Source of the DNA: Escherichia phage naswa
Reading direction: 5' to 3' (one strand)
Length of the DNA stretch: 64,000 bases
Sequence record: MN850595.1
Shown in pieces: positions 9,089-19,182 of this stretch. The notes beneath the pieces were generated by a model. It saw only the letters and a list, made by a program, of their open reading frames with translations, had not been told where the DNA came from and made no database searches. The position numbers and the translations under genes were made by a program. Numbering within the stretch: the first letter of the stretch is position 1; each line of letters starts with the position of its first letter.

Positions 9089-11156
9089 ATTTATGGCATC
9101 TGCATACAACCGTTTCGGTGAGCCAAACCCGAAAGCAACTAAGTATAAAAGTGGGGGGAGTGTGAAACGAGACTATCGTGATGAAAAAGAAGTTGAAACT
9201 GTAGAGACTGTTTTAGAAAATACTAAAATTGTCCCTGTCCCACAACAAAATATCGGTCTGATGGCTGCACAATATTTTGGTGTGCGATCAGCATTGTCCC
9301 AAGAAGACGGTGTGACAGTCACTGCAACATATTTCCCATATTACGACCGCTACGGAAATCTGTCTGGTTTCAAAAAGCGTGACTGGACTATTCCTAAAGA
9401 GCAAAGGGGCCATTTCTCCGTTGTTGGCATCGTAAAGGCCAACTCCCAGATGTTTGGTCAAAAGCTGTGTGCATCTTCCAACAACCGTAAGCAGATTAAC
9501 GTTTGTGAGGGAGAAGGTGATGTTATTGCAGCATGGCAGGCTGCATATCAGATACAAGTAAAAGGGATTCTCACCAACGCTAAAGCCCCGGCAAAGGTGA
9601 AGCAGTGGGCTAAAGAGGTCCAGGACGGGATCGACGCAGTTATCAACGGTGGTGATCTGGCAGGAAAACCCTGCCTGCCTTTTGTTGGAATTAACTGTGG
9701 ATGTGCAAACGCAGTAGATACTTTTGCAAACAATGAGAAGTTTATCCGTAGCTATGGAACAGTTGTGCTGGCAATGGATAACGATGCAGCTAACGAGGTA
9801 GAGAAGCAAAAACACGTCATTAAAGGTGTTGAGGCCACGCACAATATCGCAGCATTTTTGATGTCTGATAACGTTTACCACGTAGAATACCCCGGTGAAG
9901 TAAATGACCCTGACGGTGTAAAAGATATCCGAGACATGCTGAAGGCTAAAAAGCTGGAAGATATTGTCAACATGTTCCGGCACCCTGTTAAATATGTGCC
10001 TGATGCTGTGTCGGATTTAGAAGACTTCTCTATCGAGTCTTTGCGGAAAAAGACTTCCAACGGGGTAGATATCAGTGCAGAGTTCCCAAAACTGCAAAAA
10101 ATGCTAAAAGGCTTGCACAAAGGGACACTTGTAATGCTTACAGGTCCATCAGGCGGCGGTAAAACAACCGTGGCTAAAAAACTGGAACACTGTATTGCAA
10201 GATACCTAATGGACCCGACATGCCCGAAGGCCGATGACTATGAAGAGGATGATCGTCTATGCATGATCCATCTTGAGGAGGATCCAGAGGAAGCAATTAA
10301 CTCCTTGTATGCAAACCAGTTAGGGTTTGATGTTAAAGAGTTTGTTGAAGATCCTAGCCAGTTTTTAACTGATCAAGAACACGCAGAGATTCACCAATCA
10401 TGGGCAAAAGCTGGAAAAATCAAAGTGTTCAAACATTTCGGGTCTATTCCGGTGGACGAGTTGATTACCAAGCTTAAGCAAATGGTTTGCCTGTACCATT
10501 GTCGTTATATTGTGCTGGATCACCTGTCCATGGTAATTTCAGGGCTTAATGTTAAGGATGAGCGAAAAGAACTGGACATGGCTATGACCCAACTGGCTGC
10601 GTTTTGTAAGCAGTTTAACGTGTTTATCTTGGTGATCGCTCACCTCAAACGTACAGAGATTGTGCCCCCTAAGGACAAGGATGGTAACCCATTACCTTTC
10701 TGGTATCCTGTGCGAAAAGAGAATTTGCGAGGATCGGCTGGGCTTGAACAGTTGAGTTGGGTAGTCATAGGTGTCGAGGCCGAAGAAATGGTGGATCGTT
10801 CTCGTGGACGTGTCCGTCTGGTAGGTCTTAAAAACCGTCCAGCAAAAACTTTAGGTATTGCTGACACTTTAGTTATGGATCCGCATACAGGTAAGTTCCA
10901 TGATGCCAGTAATTGGTACTGGGACAAAGAAATGCAGATGTTCACAGACGGAGAAGGTGGGGAGGTTGTTTGGAGACCTCAGGCTATGTTTGAGGATCAG
11001 GAGCATGCAGTTGTAGAAACACCTATGGGCAAGGTTGTGGCTGATAAGGTTGTAACACCCACTGTCAAGCCTATTGACACGCAGGAAGACCTCCAATACG
11101 ATGATCCATCCTCTGATCCGGTCCCTGGTTTTGAGGATGATGAAACACCTTTTTAA
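9078..11156 (+). CDS. Primase-helicase (TOPRIM primase domain fused to DnaB-like helicase)
   Basis: TOPRIM-like CEGEGD and MDNDAANE; Walker A LTGPSGGGKTT; DnaB-family helicase motifs; acidic C-terminal tail ending DDETPF. Confidence 0.8.
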   Translation: MGSKFMASAYNRFGEPNPKATKYKSGGSVKRDYRDEKEVETVETVLENTKIVPVPQQNIGLMAAQYFGVRSALSQEDGVTVTATYFPYYDRYGNLSGFKKRDWTIPKEQRGHFSVVGIVKANSQMFGQKLCASSNNRKQINVCEGEGDVIAAWQAAYQIQVKGILTNAKAPAKVKQWAKEVQDGIDAVINGGDLAGKPCLPFVGINCGCANAVDTFANNEKFIRSYGTVVLAMDNDAANEVEKQKHVIKGVEATHNIAAFLMSDNVYHVEYPGEVNDPDGVKDIRDMLKAKKLEDIVNMFRHPVKYVPDAVSDLEDFSIESLRKKTSNGVDISAEFPKLQKMLKGLHKGTLVMLTGPSGGGKTTVAKKLEHCIARYLMDPTCPKADDYEEDDRLCMIHLEEDPEEAINSLYANQLGFDVKEFVEDPSQFLTDQEHAEIHQSWAKAGKIKVFKHFGSIPVDELITKLKQMVCLYHCRYIVLDHLSMVISGLNVKDERKELDMAMTQLAAFCKQFNVFILVIAHLKRTEIVPPKDKDGNPLPFWYPVRKENLRGSAGLEQLSWVVIGVEAEEMVDRSRGRVRLVGLKNRPAKTLGIADTLVMDPHTGKFHDASNWYWDKEMQMFTDGEGGEVVWRPQAMFEDQEHAVVETPMGKVVADKVVTPTVKPIDTQEDLQYDDPSSDPVPGFEDDETPF

Positions 11157-11214
11157 TGTTTAACAAAGAGTGGGAGGGGTAGTACAACCGCCTCCCCTTT
11201 AAGGAGAACTGTAT

Positions 11215-13992
11215 ATGAGCATGTGGTCGTTCGATTTTGAGTCATCCGGTTTGCTGGAAGACCCAGATCTTTATTATCACTGCGGTCTGTTTAAAGAGCT
11301 GAATAAGAACCGTTTTATGCTGTTCCTTCCTCTAAATGACCGCACACACTACTCCGGGGAGGATATAGAAAAGGCTAAGAACTTCATTCTGGCAAAGAAA
11401 ACTCTTTATAAAGATTTTGAAGTTCGCATAGCAGATTTTTCGGAGTTGGAAGGTTGGCTTACAGGCAATTCTGACTGGTCACCAACAGCTTTGAACTGCC
11501 ATAACTGCTACAGTTATGACTTTATGCTGATGGAAAGATTATCCGGTATTCATTTTGATATGTTCCGTGATCCTAAATGCATGGGGACTATCAACGACCA
11601 CCAGGTTAACCTGTTTGATACGTTGGCGATGAGCAGAATCTTGTGGCCTGATCGCCCTTTACCAAAAGGTTGTCCGGACTCTGTATTCAACCCGGTTACT
11701 AAGAAAATGCAGCCTGTTGGTCCTCACGGCCTTATGGCATGGGGCTACGCCCTTGGTAACCAGAAAGTTCAAATTGATGACTGGCGCGATCTTCCGTTGT
11801 GGAAGTATGTGGATCGTGTATTCGAGGACGTTATCATCCAGGAGCTGCTCTGGAAAGAGCTGGTAGCGGAATCAAAAGGCGTATTCTACGGCAAATCTGA
11901 CATGCAGAACTTTATGTACGATCCAGCCAAAGAGAAGCCGAAAGGGTTCAAGAAAATCACCTGGAAGAACGCATTACGCCGAGGCATGCTGCAGCACTTC
12001 CTGATGGAGCTGCAGGCCCGTCAGGGTGTGTATTTCGACATAGATGGGGCTATTGCCTTACGTGACCGTTGCGATGCGTGGATGAAAGAGATCGCTGATC
12101 GTGTTGAACCTCAACTTCCTTTAAAAGAGTTGTCAATGTCTCAGCGGCCCAAGTTCCCTGAAAAGCCGTTTAACCAAGACGGGACAATCTCCAATAATGG
12201 TTGGAAATGGTTAAAAGATAAGCTTGGCTATCCTGTAGACATGAGCGCTTTAGAATTCAAAGCCCCGCCTAAGCGAGCATTTACCTCCACAGGAGATGTC
12301 AGCAAGATGGGGATAAAATGGTGCGAAGAGATGGGCTGCAAAGACCCCGACAAGATGGCTGATTTCTTGAGAGGTTATATTAAGGGCACCTCCACACCAC
12401 AACCTTTACCTAAAGAGCTGATGGATCAGGCAATAAGTGATCTGCAGCAGAAGCGAATGCCTGACTGCAAGATACCTATGAAAATCAGCAATCAGGACGA
12501 CATTAAGCGATACCTGATCAGTGCTGGTTGGCTTCCGACAATGTGGAGAACTAAGGATGTAACTAAGGACAGCAAGAAGAAAGCTCTACCTGATGCAGAT
12601 GTTGATGCACGAGTATATGCATACATGGACGAGCTTTTAGAGTCAGAGTATTGTGACCTAATTATCAACTTCTGGAACAAAACTGATGCTAAGTTTCAGA
12701 CAACAGTGCACAAGTTCCGAAGCTTTCCTAACTCCGAAAGGATTAAAAAGGAAGTGTTCGGGAAAATACGCAGAAAAGCCAGGGCACTTATTACTTCTCC
12801 GCAACTGAAAGATACGTTTGGACACCTATGTCCGAATCTTGAAAAATTGAACGGAGAGATGGCTAAAGATATCGTCTTGTGGTTATCATTGCGAAACCGC
12901 AGATCGGTCCTTGATCCAATCAAGGAGGATAAGGTTGATACTGGTCTTCTTAATCACCCACGTTTGAAGATTGACCATAAGCTTCCTGCTAAAAGCTCTG
13001 GATTAACAAACACTTCCCGACAGAAACACAGTATTTGTGCAAACATGCCTAAACCATCTCCTAAAGTGGTTATGGGTAAAGAGATGCGTAGCTTGTGGGG
13101 TGTTCCTCCTGGATACTTTGAGATCGGTATTGACGGGTCCAACTTAGAGCAGCTTATCGGGGCTTGGGGTGCCTTTGAGTTCGACAACGGCTTGTACTAT
13201 GATGTTGTAAGTAACGGAGACGCACACCAAAACAATGCTGAAGCATATACAAAAGTAGCAGGCAGAGAGGTGTCTCGTAACGACGGTAAACCTATCACGT
13301 ATGGGGTTATGTACGGGGCACAAAAAGATAAAGTTGCAGATATGCTGGATATCTCCCCAGAGTTGGGGCAAAGGGTGATCGATGCACTTTGGGATGCCAA
13401 CCCCGGTCTTAAGGGGCGCAAAGAGGATCTGGAGAAATTCTGGGAAGCAACAGGTAAGAAGTTTATCTACTCTTTTGATGGTCATGCTATCTGGACCCGA
13501 TCTAAACACTCTTTACTTAATGCATACCAACAAAATGGTGGTGCATCGCTGTGTGACTTAGTTGGGATACTCATGCACCACCAAATGGTGAAGCGTGGGT
13601 GGTACGATGAAGGTGTCCGTCGTATTATCTATTACCATGACGAATATCAGCTTCAAGTGCCTGACACACCGAAGTATAAGACTGTGTACACCTTCGACAC
13701 AATTGAAGAACTGGAAGCATTTAAGGCAGAGCAGGAAGCCAAACTTCATGTGTTCGACGGTCATAAGTACAAAAAGGTACGCAAGGATGAGGACGGAAAC
13801 GAAGTGGTTGACAGAGACGGAAACACGGTGTACGATCCTATCCTGAACGATGACGGAAAGCTTGAACTTATCTGGAGCCCTGTGGGTGAAATGGTGGTGC
13901 ATTGCTTCTGGCAAGCTTCTAAAATGATGGGAGTCCCGTTCCAGATCACAGGTGAATACTTGTGTGGTCGTAATTGGGGTGATTGTCACTAA
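11215..13992 (+). CDS. Family A DNA polymerase with 3'-5' exonuclease domain
   Basis: Exo motif FDFESSG near N-terminus; pol A motif B KPITYGVMYGAQ and motif C YYHDEYQ; AAGGAGA RBS. Confidence 0.85.
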   Translation: MSMWSFDFESSGLLEDPDLYYHCGLFKELNKNRFMLFLPLNDRTHYSGEDIEKAKNFILAKKTLYKDFEVRIADFSELEGWLTGNSDWSPTALNCHNCYSYDFMLMERLSGIHFDMFRDPKCMGTINDHQVNLFDTLAMSRILWPDRPLPKGCPDSVFNPVTKKMQPVGPHGLMAWGYALGNQKVQIDDWRDLPLWKYVDRVFEDVIIQELLWKELVAESKGVFYGKSDMQNFMYDPAKEKPKGFKKITWKNALRRGMLQHFLMELQARQGVYFDIDGAIALRDRCDAWMKEIADRVEPQLPLKELSMSQRPKFPEKPFNQDGTISNNGWKWLKDKLGYPVDMSALEFKAPPKRAFTSTGDVSKMGIKWCEEMGCKDPDKMADFLRGYIKGTSTPQPLPKELMDQAISDLQQKRMPDCKIPMKISNQDDIKRYLISAGWLPTMWRTKDVTKDSKKKALPDADVDARVYAYMDELLESEYCDLIINFWNKTDAKFQTTVHKFRSFPNSERIKKEVFGKIRRKARALITSPQLKDTFGHLCPNLEKLNGEMAKDIVLWLSLRNRRSVLDPIKEDKVDTGLLNHPRLKIDHKLPAKSSGLTNTSRQKHSICANMPKPSPKVVMGKEMRSLWGVPPGYFEIGIDGSNLEQLIGAWGAFEFDNGLYYDVVSNGDAHQNNAEAYTKVAGREVSRNDGKPITYGVMYGAQKDKVADMLDISPELGQRVIDALWDANPGLKGRKEDLEKFWEATGKKFIYSFDGHAIWTRSKHSLLNAYQQNGGASLCDLVGILMHHQMVKRGWYDEGVRRIIYYHDEYQLQVPDTPKYKTVYTFDTIEELEAFKAEQEAKLHVFDGHKYKKVRKDEDGNEVVDRDGNTVYDPILNDDGKLELIWSPVGEMVVHCFWQASKMMGVPFQITGEYLCGRNWGDCH

Positions 13993-14041
13993 TGTAAACT
14001 ATCAACACATGGAAGTGTTGTTGAGCAAAGAGGAGACTTTT

Positions 14042-14326
14042 ATGGTAGTAGAACCAACAAAAACATTTACATCCATGACTATTCCTGTTATTATGCAGGT
14101 GGAGTGTGTTCAGGTATCTCAAGTGTGGCCTGGCACCAAAATCCCGACAGGGCCTGATTTCTTTCAGGTTGGCAAAGTGTACAATGTCTGGAAGGCACCA
14201 GATTGTTACCCTTTCATCAAAGATGACCGTGGGATGCTGTGGTATCTTGGAAATGATTTGACACTGCACCTTGGGAATGCTATTATTGCAGTATTCAGAC
14301 TTAACAAGAAGGAGACTGATCAATGA
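14042..14326 (+). CDS. Hypothetical protein
   Basis: ORF; start set to ATG with AGAGGAGA RBS downstream of polymerase stop. Confidence 0.45.
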   Translation: MVVEPTKTFTSMTIPVIMQVECVQVSQVWPGTKIPTGPDFFQVGKVYNVWKAPDCYPFIKDDRGMLWYLGNDLTLHLGNAIIAVFRLNKKETDQ

Positions 14327-14550
14327 CGACTTTGGTTAAAGCTACCTTTGTAGAAGAAAAGATGACAGACCTGTCATTCTTTAAAGAAGGAAAGACCTAC
14401 GAGGTTTATTACGATAAAGCTCGTGCAAATAAAATGATTAAAGACGAGGAAGGGGTTGCCTGGTTTATCTCCCATCTGGCAAACGGTGAGTATCATATCT
14501 ACGGAACCACCCTGCTTGCCAAGTTTGTAGCTGTTGAAGAGGACCTATGA
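14323..14550 (+). CDS. Hypothetical protein
   Basis: 75 aa ORF, ATGA overlap with upstream gene. Confidence 0.5.
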   Translation: MTTLVKATFVEEKMTDLSFFKEGKTYEVYYDKARANKMIKDEEGVAWFISHLANGEYHIYGTTLLAKFVAVEEDL

Positions 14551-14741
14551 AAGTAAAGTATCTGGCTGAGGGTATGAGTAGGTATTTCACCCTTGGTGAA
14601 GAATATTGGCCATTTACAAGCAACGGCGATGTCTACGTGAAAGATAATTTCGGCACGCCATGGTTTTTGCACCCTAACGGGTTAGGGTATTCTATTTATC
14701 GCAGTGCAATGAGCGACACAACCCTTGCAGAGTTTGTATAG
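14547..14741 (+). CDS. Hypothetical protein
   Basis: 64 aa ORF, ATGA overlap. Confidence 0.5.
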   Translation: MKVKYLAEGMSRYFTLGEEYWPFTSNGDVYVKDNFGTPWFLHPNGLGYSIYRSAMSDTTLAEFV

Positions 14742-14751
14742 AGGAGGTAGA

Positions 14752-15123
14752 ATGTTAGTAAAAGGTACTCACACAGTCAAACAACGTATCGAAGTTGAGA
14801 TCGATGACTGCGAGCTGAAGCATATTTTACGGTCATGTTCCAACGTTTTGCTCCTTAGTATTCTCCAGGAGCGAGCGGAGAACGAGTTCTTAAATGCACT
14901 GGCAGGCCGCCCTGGTGATTTCTGTGTGCGTAAGCGTGGTGACAACAAGTCATGGCTGTGGGAGATAGACGCAGAATGGGATTACCATAAAAATGAGGGT
15001 ATAGATGAACCTATTCGTGAATTGACGGACAACGAGGTTCAGATGTACAATGAAGTTTGTCAGTGGGCAAAAAGTCAACAAACTTATCTTGATCCTTGGT
15101 GGATGATCGAAAATAGTCGTTGA
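14752..15123 (+). CDS. Hypothetical protein
   Basis: ATG preceded by GAGGAGG RBS; stop lies inside -35 of next promoter. Confidence 0.5.
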   Translation: MLVKGTHTVKQRIEVEIDDCELKHILRSCSNVLLLSILQERAENEFLNALAGRPGDFCVRKRGDNKSWLWEIDAEWDYHKNEGIDEPIRELTDNEVQMYNEVCQWAKSQQTYLDPWWMIENSR

Positions 15124-15199
15124 CAGGAAGTAAGATTAGATATAAGATGCTTCACACAAACAGAGCGTTGATTGTTTAACACTTAAGGAGACCGCTAAG

Positions 15200-15454
15200 A
15201 TGAAAATTACTCTGAAGCCAGAATGCGTTGAAAATGACCGAGCTTTTAAAGATTGCACAATCGGTGCAATTTATGAAGCAGAGTTTTGTGAGAACCCTTT
15301 GGTAAAAGCCCTTCTGGAAGAAGGAGCTCCTCTATCACAGGAAGAGCTTGATGAGTTGGAAAACTCAGCACAGTGCCTTACCTTTAAAGATGATGAAGGA
15401 GACTCTGTCTGGTGCACTGTTAATGAAGTAGTTTTTGTAAAACCTGAACATTAA
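15200..15454 (+). CDS. Hypothetical protein (paralog of 15518-15790)
   Basis: AAGGAGA RBS; shares KPxxxExDxAFxDCT and KDDxGD motifs with next gene. Confidence 0.55.
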   Translation: MKITLKPECVENDRAFKDCTIGAIYEAEFCENPLVKALLEEGAPLSQEELDELENSAQCLTFKDDEGDSVWCTVNEVVFVKPEH

Positions 15455-15457
15455 TGC

Positions 15458-15486
15458 TTGACAACAGTCATAGGGCCTACTATAAT
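15458..15486 (+). promoter_or_regulatory. Sigma70-like promoter (TTGACA-17-TATAAT)
   Basis: Perfect consensus hexamers with 17 nt spacer; -10 sits inside inverted repeat TAGGGCC/GGCCCTA. Confidence 0.6.
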
Positions 15487-15517
15487 GGCCCTATCAAAAC
15501 GAAAGGGGACCACAGCA

Positions 15518-15790
15518 ATGACCAAACAATATCAACGAATTAAAGCCAAGGTTAAGCCAGACTATCTGGAGAAGGACTCTGCTTTTCGGGACTGCACAGC
15601 TGACAAAGTTTACACAGGGGCCGTCCTGTTGAACGATGAACTTGAAGTAGATATTCTGGGTAAAGAGGCCACTATTAAGGACGACCAAGGCGATTATGTT
15701 TGCTGCACCACACGTGAGCTAGAAATCTTAGAATACTTCGGTGAAATCTTCACCTCTCTTGATGATTACTTAGATGATGAGGAAGCGTGA
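15518..15790 (+). CDS. Hypothetical protein (paralog of 15200-15454)
   Basis: Start moved to ATG downstream of promoter; RBS AAAGGGGA. Confidence 0.55.
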   Translation: MTKQYQRIKAKVKPDYLEKDSAFRDCTADKVYTGAVLLNDELEVDILGKEATIKDDQGDYVCCTTRELEILEYFGEIFTSLDDYLDDEEA

Positions 15791-16179
15791 TGAAAAATAT
15801 TTGGGATATCGATATCTTTGAAGCCTCTAAGCTTGATGGTGCTGATGGAGTGATTATGGTGTCTGATGGCAAAGCAACACTAACTTCCGGAGATATCATC
15901 TATGCCTTGGACGAGCTGGCGCTTCTGAAATCTACCGGTAACACTTTAGAGGAGCGTCTTCAAGGCTTCGCCTTCAAAGAAGGCACAAATACCGCCATGA
16001 TGTGCACCACACGGACAGTTCAAGTTGGTAACGGTGTCTATATGATCATTGCTGTGTGTCCTAAATTCAGCAACGTCAACAAAGATGATGCTGACGCTGT
16101 CAACGATGTGGTTGTTCTCTTCGTGGGTGACGCTATGGCAGATCTGATGAATGCAGGAGAAGCAGCAAATGAAGACTGA
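15787..16179 (+). CDS. Hypothetical protein
   Basis: 130 aa ORF, overlapping start/stop. Confidence 0.5.
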   Translation: MMKNIWDIDIFEASKLDGADGVIMVSDGKATLTSGDIIYALDELALLKSTGNTLEERLQGFAFKEGTNTAMMCTTRTVQVGNGVYMIIAVCPKFSNVNKDDADAVNDVVVLFVGDAMADLMNAGEAANED

Positions 16180-16471
16180 AAACATCACCCCCGCAGGGTT
16201 CTTAAAAGTATACCGTGAACTGCTATATACTACAGAGGACAGTGTTCTAGAGTATCCAGAATATCTTTTGCTGTATAAGTATCTGCAGGAGGCTGGTGAA
16301 AATCTGCCAGTTAGTGCAGAAGGTGGTCCGAACTGGATATACAGCGCATGGAGAAAGGTTGACATTCTCCCAGATCCAGGTAAAGATATGGTAGTTTGGC
16401 AGCTTATCAACAACATTGGGATTCCAATCTTTGATGAAGCTGTTAAAATCTATTTTGAACTTGACGATTAA
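16169..16471 (+). CDS. Hypothetical protein
   Basis: Start set to ATG after GCAGGAGA RBS. Confidence 0.45.
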   Translation: MKTENITPAGFLKVYRELLYTTEDSVLEYPEYLLLYKYLQEAGENLPVSAEGGPNWIYSAWRKVDILPDPGKDMVVWQLINNIGIPIFDEAVKIYFELDD

Positions 16472-16488
16472 TATCAGGAGACCTTAAG

Positions 16489-16734
16489 ATGACTGAAGTA
16501 GTTGCTCGCGCAGGACAGAAAGTACGTTGTGTTGAAGTAGGTTTTGGTGGCAAAGGGTGTCAAAACTTGACTCAAGGTAAGGAATACGCTGTTATTTCTG
16601 GTGGTGGCGACGAAAGTATTGTGTTCGAGGGCCACATCCTGGATGCTGAAAACTTTGAAATCTTTGACGACGATGGGGATCCGATCACCTGCCTGCTGGA
16701 CGGGAATTGGGGAACTTTCGAAGTGATTGGCTAA
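16489..16734 (+). CDS. Hypothetical protein
   Basis: 81 aa ORF with AGGAGA RBS. Confidence 0.5.
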   Translation: MTEVVARAGQKVRCVEVGFGGKGCQNLTQGKEYAVISGGGDESIVFEGHILDAENFEIFDDDGDPITCLLDGNWGTFEVIG

Positions 16735-16817
16735 CAAATACCTATTGTAATTTGCAGAAGGGGATGCTAAAATAGTGTCTCCTTCTATGTTGTTCAAATA
16801 AAATCGGAGATTCCATA

Positions 16818-17183
16818 ATGGAACAAATGAACGATCAAGCGTCGGTTGCGATGAACGAGCAAGAACAACCTCAAGAATTTTTCTTAGGGTTAAGTAAAGA
16901 TCAAGTGTCTCTTCTGCTAGTGCTTTCTTCTTTCATGGGAAGACTTCAGGAGCTCACACAACAACCAGAGGCTGAACAATTATTTCAAGCTCTGCGTGAA
17001 GAAGAAAAATATCGTCGTTTGGACTATGCCTTAGGTTGGGTAGCTCAACAACGAGATATGCTGATGGCCCTCTCTGGGACCACAAGTTTTGCAATGGGGC
17101 TGTTGGCTCAAGTTCAGGACAAATTAATTCAAGCAGGGTTTGCACACACGGCAAACACTAACGAAGAACAAGGAGACAAATAA
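16818..17183 (+). CDS. Hypothetical protein
   Basis: 121 aa ORF with GGAGA RBS. Confidence 0.5.
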   Translation: MEQMNDQASVAMNEQEQPQEFFLGLSKDQVSLLLVLSSFMGRLQELTQQPEAEQLFQALREEEKYRRLDYALGWVAQQRDMLMALSGTTSFAMGLLAQVQDKLIQAGFAHTANTNEEQGDK

Positions 17184-18409
17184 TGAGCGTTATTCAACAA
17201 TTCGCTAACCCGATGAATCCGCGTGAAACTGTTTTACTGGCTCACGGCATGATTAAACGTGTCAGCATCAAGCCTATCAAAGGTGCTGATCCTACAACAG
17301 GTATTAAAACCACTGTGTGGCAAGGTAAGAAAATTGAATCCAGCCACACCATCTCTTTACTGATTTCTGAACTGGATTCCTCTGATAACCTGCTTCAAGG
17401 TGGTGAAGAAGTTTGGATCAGCATGGGTGATAAGCTGCTTAAACCTGGTCATCAAGACTCTGTCTCTGTTAAAATTGATGACAAGTGGGAAACCGTAACG
17501 CCGGGATGGATCGTAAATATCCCTTTGAAGGCAAACGAGCATAACGGTAAGACCTATTACAAAGGCTCACTGGCTAAGATGGTCAAGCTGGGTGCAGGAG
17601 AGGCTCCAGCAGCGACTCAGCAGCAAAAACAGCAACAAGGTGCACAATCACAAGGCCAGAAGCAGAAACCTCAGCAGAATGCCAATCAGGACGTTTTACG
17701 CATCTATGGCGATGTGACTCAGATTGTTGGCAACGTGGTTACTGTTAATGACCACAAGATTGGCGAAGGTGCTATGGTTGTAACTGATGAGCAGCTTAAA
17801 GACCTGGTGGTAGGTGGTCGTGTTGCAGCCATTGTTGACAAAGACACCGGAAACATTATCAGTGGTTTCAAAGCCTACCCCCCTAAGGCAGAGAACGGCA
17901 CTCAAGGCTCCGGTGGCAAGCGTAAATCCTCTTACGACCCTATCGGTGTGGAAACGGGGCATAGCATCAATGCGTTGCAGATCATCCTGGATCGCGGGTT
18001 TAAGGTAGACGACCCACTGGGCGTGGCTAAAACACTGCACGTAGTCACCATTGAGCTTAAGAAAGAGTATGCTCAAGCCACCAACCGAACTGAAGATGAA
18101 GTAGGTGCCAGTGTCGGTAATGCGGTGTTGAACGCTTGTCGCCGTATTGACAAGAAAACGAAAGTTGATGATTTTGCAGCGGCAATTACTGCAGAAGCAA
18201 AAGATGTCTTGACTAATCTGGCTGAACCGTTGTACGATTGGATCAAGAACGGTGCTGGGTCAACTGACTATCAAGAACCCCAGGCTGCCAAACAGGAAGC
18301 AGCTCCACAGCAAAACACTGTAGACGCTCCTCCTGTAAATGATGAGGAAGATGACCCAATGGATCAGAATCCAGCACAGTATACCTTTGATGATGACATC
18401 CCTTTTTAA
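17183..18409 (+). CDS. SSB-like protein with Q-rich linker and acidic C-terminal tail (putative single-stranded DNA-binding protein)
   Basis: C-terminus DDDIPF matches the conserved SSB tail; Q/G-rich flexible linker; location in replication module; N-terminal fold not recognisable by eye. Confidence 0.45.
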   Translation: MSVIQQFANPMNPRETVLLAHGMIKRVSIKPIKGADPTTGIKTTVWQGKKIESSHTISLLISELDSSDNLLQGGEEVWISMGDKLLKPGHQDSVSVKIDDKWETVTPGWIVNIPLKANEHNGKTYYKGSLAKMVKLGAGEAPAATQQQKQQQGAQSQGQKQKPQQNANQDVLRIYGDVTQIVGNVVTVNDHKIGEGAMVVTDEQLKDLVVGGRVAAIVDKDTGNIISGFKAYPPKAENGTQGSGGKRKSSYDPIGVETGHSINALQIILDRGFKVDDPLGVAKTLHVVTIELKKEYAQATNRTEDEVGASVGNAVLNACRRIDKKTKVDDFAAAITAEAKDVLTNLAEPLYDWIKNGAGSTDYQEPQAAKQEAAPQQNTVDAPPVNDEEDDPMDQNPAQYTFDDDIPF

Positions 18410-18423
18410 CATCTAGTTAACAT

Positions 18424-18453
18424 AGCCCTGCCCGAAAGGGTGGGGCATTTTTG
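18424..18453 (+). terminator. Rho-independent terminator (same hairpin as 8278)
   Basis: GCCCTGCCC-gaaa-GGGTGGGGC followed by ATTTTT. Confidence 0.65.
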
Positions 18454-18471
18454 TATAAGGAGATCTGAAAA

Positions 18472-18888
18472 ATGACATTAGAAGATATCATTGTTAAGCC
18501 TGAGAACTATGACCAATACAACCTGTCAACTCAATCTGTAGACCTTGGATGCGCCACGGTCAGTGCGTGGCTGGTTAACGGAAAAGAGCTGGATAAATGC
18601 TTAGAAGCTCACATGTCTATTAACAAGTTTCTGGATGAAAATACTCACTGGCTTGAGGGTGCAGGCGTATATGCTTCATGGTTGGATAGTATGGGATTCG
18701 ACTACCAATCTGAAGAGGGGTGGTGGAGCTATTTAGCTATCTGTCCAGAGACGCTACAATGCTTCATGAAATATTCTGAAGATTTGGAGTACCGGGCGGT
18801 GGTTGATAGTGCTATTGCCCGTTATAGCCGTAAACCTTTTTCCCACGACATTAAAACTGTGGAAGAATTTGTTGAAGTTTTCTGTTGA
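18472..18888 (+). CDS. Hypothetical protein
   Basis: 138 aa ORF with AAGGAGA RBS. Confidence 0.5.
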   Translation: MTLEDIIVKPENYDQYNLSTQSVDLGCATVSAWLVNGKELDKCLEAHMSINKFLDENTHWLEGAGVYASWLDSMGFDYQSEEGWWSYLAICPETLQCFMKYSEDLEYRAVVDSAIARYSRKPFSHDIKTVEEFVEVFC

Positions 18889-18984
18889 CACAGATTGAAA
18901 GGTGTGCAATTATAACTTCATAGAACGGGAGGACGTGATGAACGAAGAAAACTGGGATGTATAACTAACAGGAGGCCACTGCCC

Positions 18985-19182
18985 ATGATTTATCGAATCC
19001 GTGTAAGAGAAGATGCACCAGGCTGTTACTTTGACTGGCGTGGGTGGTGGTTTATCCACCCAATGGATGGACTCACAGATAGAATGCTGGATGCTGCCCT
19101 TTACACAGATACCGACATAGAATATAATCTCTATCTGAAGGACGGTATAGATAACGGCCTGTTTGAAGCAATTCCTGTGTAA
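18985..19182 (+). CDS. Hypothetical protein
   Basis: 65 aa ORF with AGGAGG RBS; short uORF upstream. Confidence 0.45.
   Translation: MIYRIRVREDAPGCYFDWRGWWFIHPMDGLTDRMLDAALYTDTDIEYNLYLKDGIDNGLFEAIPV

Noticed and set aside
9288-9983. 231-aa ORF on the minus strand
   Set aside because: Lies entirely antisense within the well-supported primase-helicase gene, has no RBS and low-complexity translation; treated as a shadow ORF.
18930-18960. 8-codon upstream ORF (MNEENWDV) before the 18985 gene
   Set aside because: Too short to assert as a gene; could be a leader peptide but there is no supporting evidence in the sequence.
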